Part shown: positions 46,644 through 48,908 of the stretch, one piece after another | How positions within the stretch are numbered: the stretch's first letter is position 1 | How the letters are laid out: each line of letters starts with the position of its first letter | Source of the DNA: Roseomonas sp. | Lineage (GTDB): Bacteria; Pseudomonadota; Alphaproteobacteria; Acetobacterales; Acetobacteraceae | DNA: 48,908 bases | Assembly: GCA_964263755.1 (NCBI GenBank) | Contig: CAXVWQ010000507.1 | Span: 1-48,908 of the forward strand | Reading direction: 5' to 3' | Translations under genes and position numbers: made by a program | Notes under the pieces: model-generated | Told to the model about the DNA's origin: nothing | Database searches by the model: none | The model's input: only the letters and a program-made list of their open reading frames with translations

Positions 46644-48343
46644 ATGGAACTCCGCCCCCTCTCCTACTTCGCCGCCGCCTGCCTCCAGCCCTCGCTCGGG
46701 CGGGCCGCGGCGTCGCTCGGCGTCGCCCCCTCGACGCTCTCCGCCTCCCTCCGCGCGCTGGCTCTACCGCGCCGCCGCGCCCCTGCTGCACGCGGAGGCC
46801 TTCGCGGCGCCACGCCGCCGCCGGCACCGGGCCACCGGGGCACCTCGTCCTCCGCGTGCGGCCGCTCTTCACCTTCGGGCGGATCACGAAGGCGGTGGCG
46901 GGCGCGATCGAATCCGTCGCTTCCGCGGAGGTCTTCGTGGAGCCGGTCCGGTTCGACGGGCACGGACCGGCGGTCGCGATCCTCTACGCGGAGGAGGGAG
47001 AGGATGGTGAGACGCTGCTGGAAGACCCCTTGGTCCTCGCCCGGGCTTCGCCGAGCGGAACGAGCGGGCCGGGGACCGTGTCGGATCTGCTGCGCGGCCC
47101 GATCCTCGTCCCCGCGCTCCCCGGCCCCGTCGCGCGACCGCTCCGCGCGGCCCTCGACGGCCGCGACGTCACGTTCCTCGACGAGGAGCCCGGGGCCTTG
47201 CCGCGCCTCGCGGCGGAGCGGCCCGACGCCGCCTTCGCGGTGCCCGCGAGCCTTCTCTCCGAACGGCTCGGCCTCCCGCGCTTCCGCGCCGCGCCCCTGG
47301 ACCCGCCCCTTACCGCGACGATCGTCGCCCGGGGCGGCACGGACACGACGGGGCGGGCCATCGTCGCCGCGATCCGGGACCGGCTCGCCGCCTCGGATGG
47401 GGCGACCCCCTTCCGGCCGGTCCTGACGCTCCGCGGGCTCCGCGCCTTCGAGGCGGTCGGGCGGCTCCGCGGCGTCATGGCCGCCGCGCGCGGCCTCGGC
47501 GTCGCGCAACCCGCGGTGACGGAGGCGCTGCGCCGGATGGAGCGCGCCCTCGGCGCACCGCTCTTCGAGCGCCGCCGCGACGGGCTGCTGCCGACCACGC
47601 GGGGCGAGCGGCTTCGCGCGGCGGCCCCGATCCTCTCCCGGTTGATGGCCGATCTCGACCGTGGACGCGCCGCGGCGCCGGGCGACCGAGGGGGGCGCAT
47701 CGGCCTCGGACTGCCGCCCTCGGCGGGCCCTGACGACCCCCTCTCCGGGCGGGTCGCGGCGGCGATCGCCGCGTGGCGGGCCGCGCATCCCGGCGCCCGG
47801 CTGCGGGTGACGGAGGCGCCGAGCGCGTCGCTCCACGCCCTCATCCGCGACGGCTCGCTCGACCTCGCGGTGGCCGAGTGGGCGCCATCGCACATGGCCC
47901 GCCTTCCCCTCGCGCCGTGCGAGCCGCTCGTCGCCCTCGCCGCGCCGGGGCGGGCGCTCCCGTCGCCTCTCTCGCTGGAGGATCTCGCCCGGCTGCCCCT
48001 CATCCTGCCCGGTGCGGGCCACGGCATCCGCCGCGTGCTGGACGAGGCGGCGCGGACGGCGGGGCTGCGGCTGCACGACGTGACGGAGGTGGCGTCGCCG
48101 GCCCTCGCCCTCGCCCTCGCGCGGGAGGGCGCGGCGGTCGCGGTCCTCCCGGCCTCGGCCCTCGCCGGGGAGGCCGGCGTCGTGGCGGTCCCGCTCGCCT
48201 TCCCCGCGACGCGGGCGCTCCTCGTCGTCCACGGCGGGGAACGACCCCTGACGGAGGCGGAGCGCGCCCTCGTCGCCGCGCTGCGGACGGCCCTACGCGC
48301 GCTCAGGACCCGCCCGGAGGTCGAAGTGACGCACGCCCCGTAG
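46644..48343 (+). pseudogene. Tandem (double) LysR-type regulator; first module broken by two frameshifts
   Basis: HTH1 MELRPLSYFAAACLQPSLGRAAASLGVAPSTLSASLRAL, frame change to RWLYRAAAPLLHAEAF, second change to HLVLRVRPLFTFG; HTH2 LTLRGLRAFEAVGRLRGVMAAARGLGVAQPAVTEALRRMERALGAPLFERRRDG plus effector domain. Confidence 0.75.
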
Positions 48344-48908
48344 CCGCGCCTCGTCCAGCGCCTCCTCGTAGCCCGCATCGGCGTAGCGCATGATCCCCGT
48401 GGCGGTGTCGTTCGTGAGGGAGAGCCGCAGCCGCTCGTCGGCCTCCCCCGTCCCGTCGGCGATGAGCGTCACGCCCGCCGAGGTCATGGTGCCCGCGTAG
48501 CCGCCGCCGCCCGAATGAATCGCGACGAGGTCGGCGCCGGAGGAGCAGTGGACCATGGCGTTCAGCAGCGGCCAGTCGGCGATGGCGTCGGAGCCGTCGC
48601 GCAGGTTCTCCGTCATGATGTTGGGGTGCGCCATCGCGCCGGCGTCGAGGTGGTCCCGCGTGAAGGCGACGGGGCCGGCGAGCACGCCCTCCCGCACCAT
48701 GCGGTTCACCGCCAGCCCCACCTCGGTGCGCTCCCCGTGGCCGAGCCAGGCGATGCGGGCGGGCAGCCCCTCGAACGGCACGCTCTCCCGGGCGCGGGCG
48801 ATCCAGTTCGTGATGATGCGGTTGTCCGGGAAGCGTTCGAGGAGGAGGTCGTCGATCCGCGCGATGTCGGAGGGCTCGCCGGACAGCGCGACCCAGCGGA
48901 AGGGACCG
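48293..48908 (-). CDS. Urocanate hydratase family protein, C-terminal part, non-canonical motifs (runs off window edge)
   Basis: GPFRWVALSGEPSDI, FEGLPARIAWLG, RDHLDAG, DGSDAIADWPLLNA, GIMRYADAGY; but AHPNIMTE and HSGGGGYAG replace canonical SPNRETE and HHGGGVGMG. Confidence 0.9.
   Translation of the reverse strand, partial: GPFRWVALSGEPSDIARIDDLLLERFPDNRIITNWIARARESVPFEGLPARIAWLGHGERTEVGLAVNRMVREGVLAGPVAFTRDHLDAGAMAHPNIMTENLRDGSDAIADWPLLNAMVHCSSGADLVAIHSGGGGYAGTMTSAGVTLIADGTGEADERLRLSLTNDTATGIMRYADAGYEEALDEARLRGVRHFDLRAGPERA

Noticed and set aside
44071-48908. Calling the lyase hutH and the hydratase hutU of a standard histidine pathway
   Set aside because: The MIO tripeptide and canonical urocanase motifs are altered, and no hutI/hutG/hutC is in the window.
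1-48908. CRISPR array, tRNA, rRNA or defence system
   Set aside because: No regularly spaced repeats, RNA gene signatures or nuclease/defence motifs seen by eye; a covariance-model scan was not run.

Overview
A high-GC, gene-dense accessory region, probably alphaproteobacterial (Roseomonas/Acetobacteraceae-like; inferred from the Bug-protein expansion and codon style, not proven). It has three parts. (1) About 1-32.3 kb is a patchwork of aromatic/heteroaromatic catabolic modules: three flavoprotein monooxygenases, a gentisate 1,2-dioxygenase-like cupin, two extradiol-dioxygenase-like VOC proteins, two FAH-family hydrolases, a twin-Arg amidohydrolase, a 4,5-dihydroxyphthalate-decarboxylase-like protein and two dehydrogenases. 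These are interleaved with eight orphan Bug/TctC solute-binding proteins, LysR/IclR regulators and many gene remnants eroded by deletion. (2) About 32.4-36.4 kb is a mobile junction: a frameshifted IS6-family element abutting a truncated serine recombinase, a glycolipid-binding-domain gene, an intact resolvase and an IS3-family element. (3) About 36.4-48.9 kb is the best candidate for an undescribed system: a histidine-ammonia-lyase-fold enzyme lacking the Ala-Ser-Gly MIO tripeptide (GSIGCAD), a urocanate hydratase with non-canonical active-site motifs, a broken double-LysR regulator, a truncated amino-acid-binding protein, a Dpp/Opp ABC importer and two enolase-superfamily enzymes. This points to catabolism of a modified histidine/betaine (ergothioneine- or trimethylhistidine-like) rather than histidine. 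No rRNA, tRNA or CRISPR array was seen. All calls come from motif recognition by eye; no database search was run.
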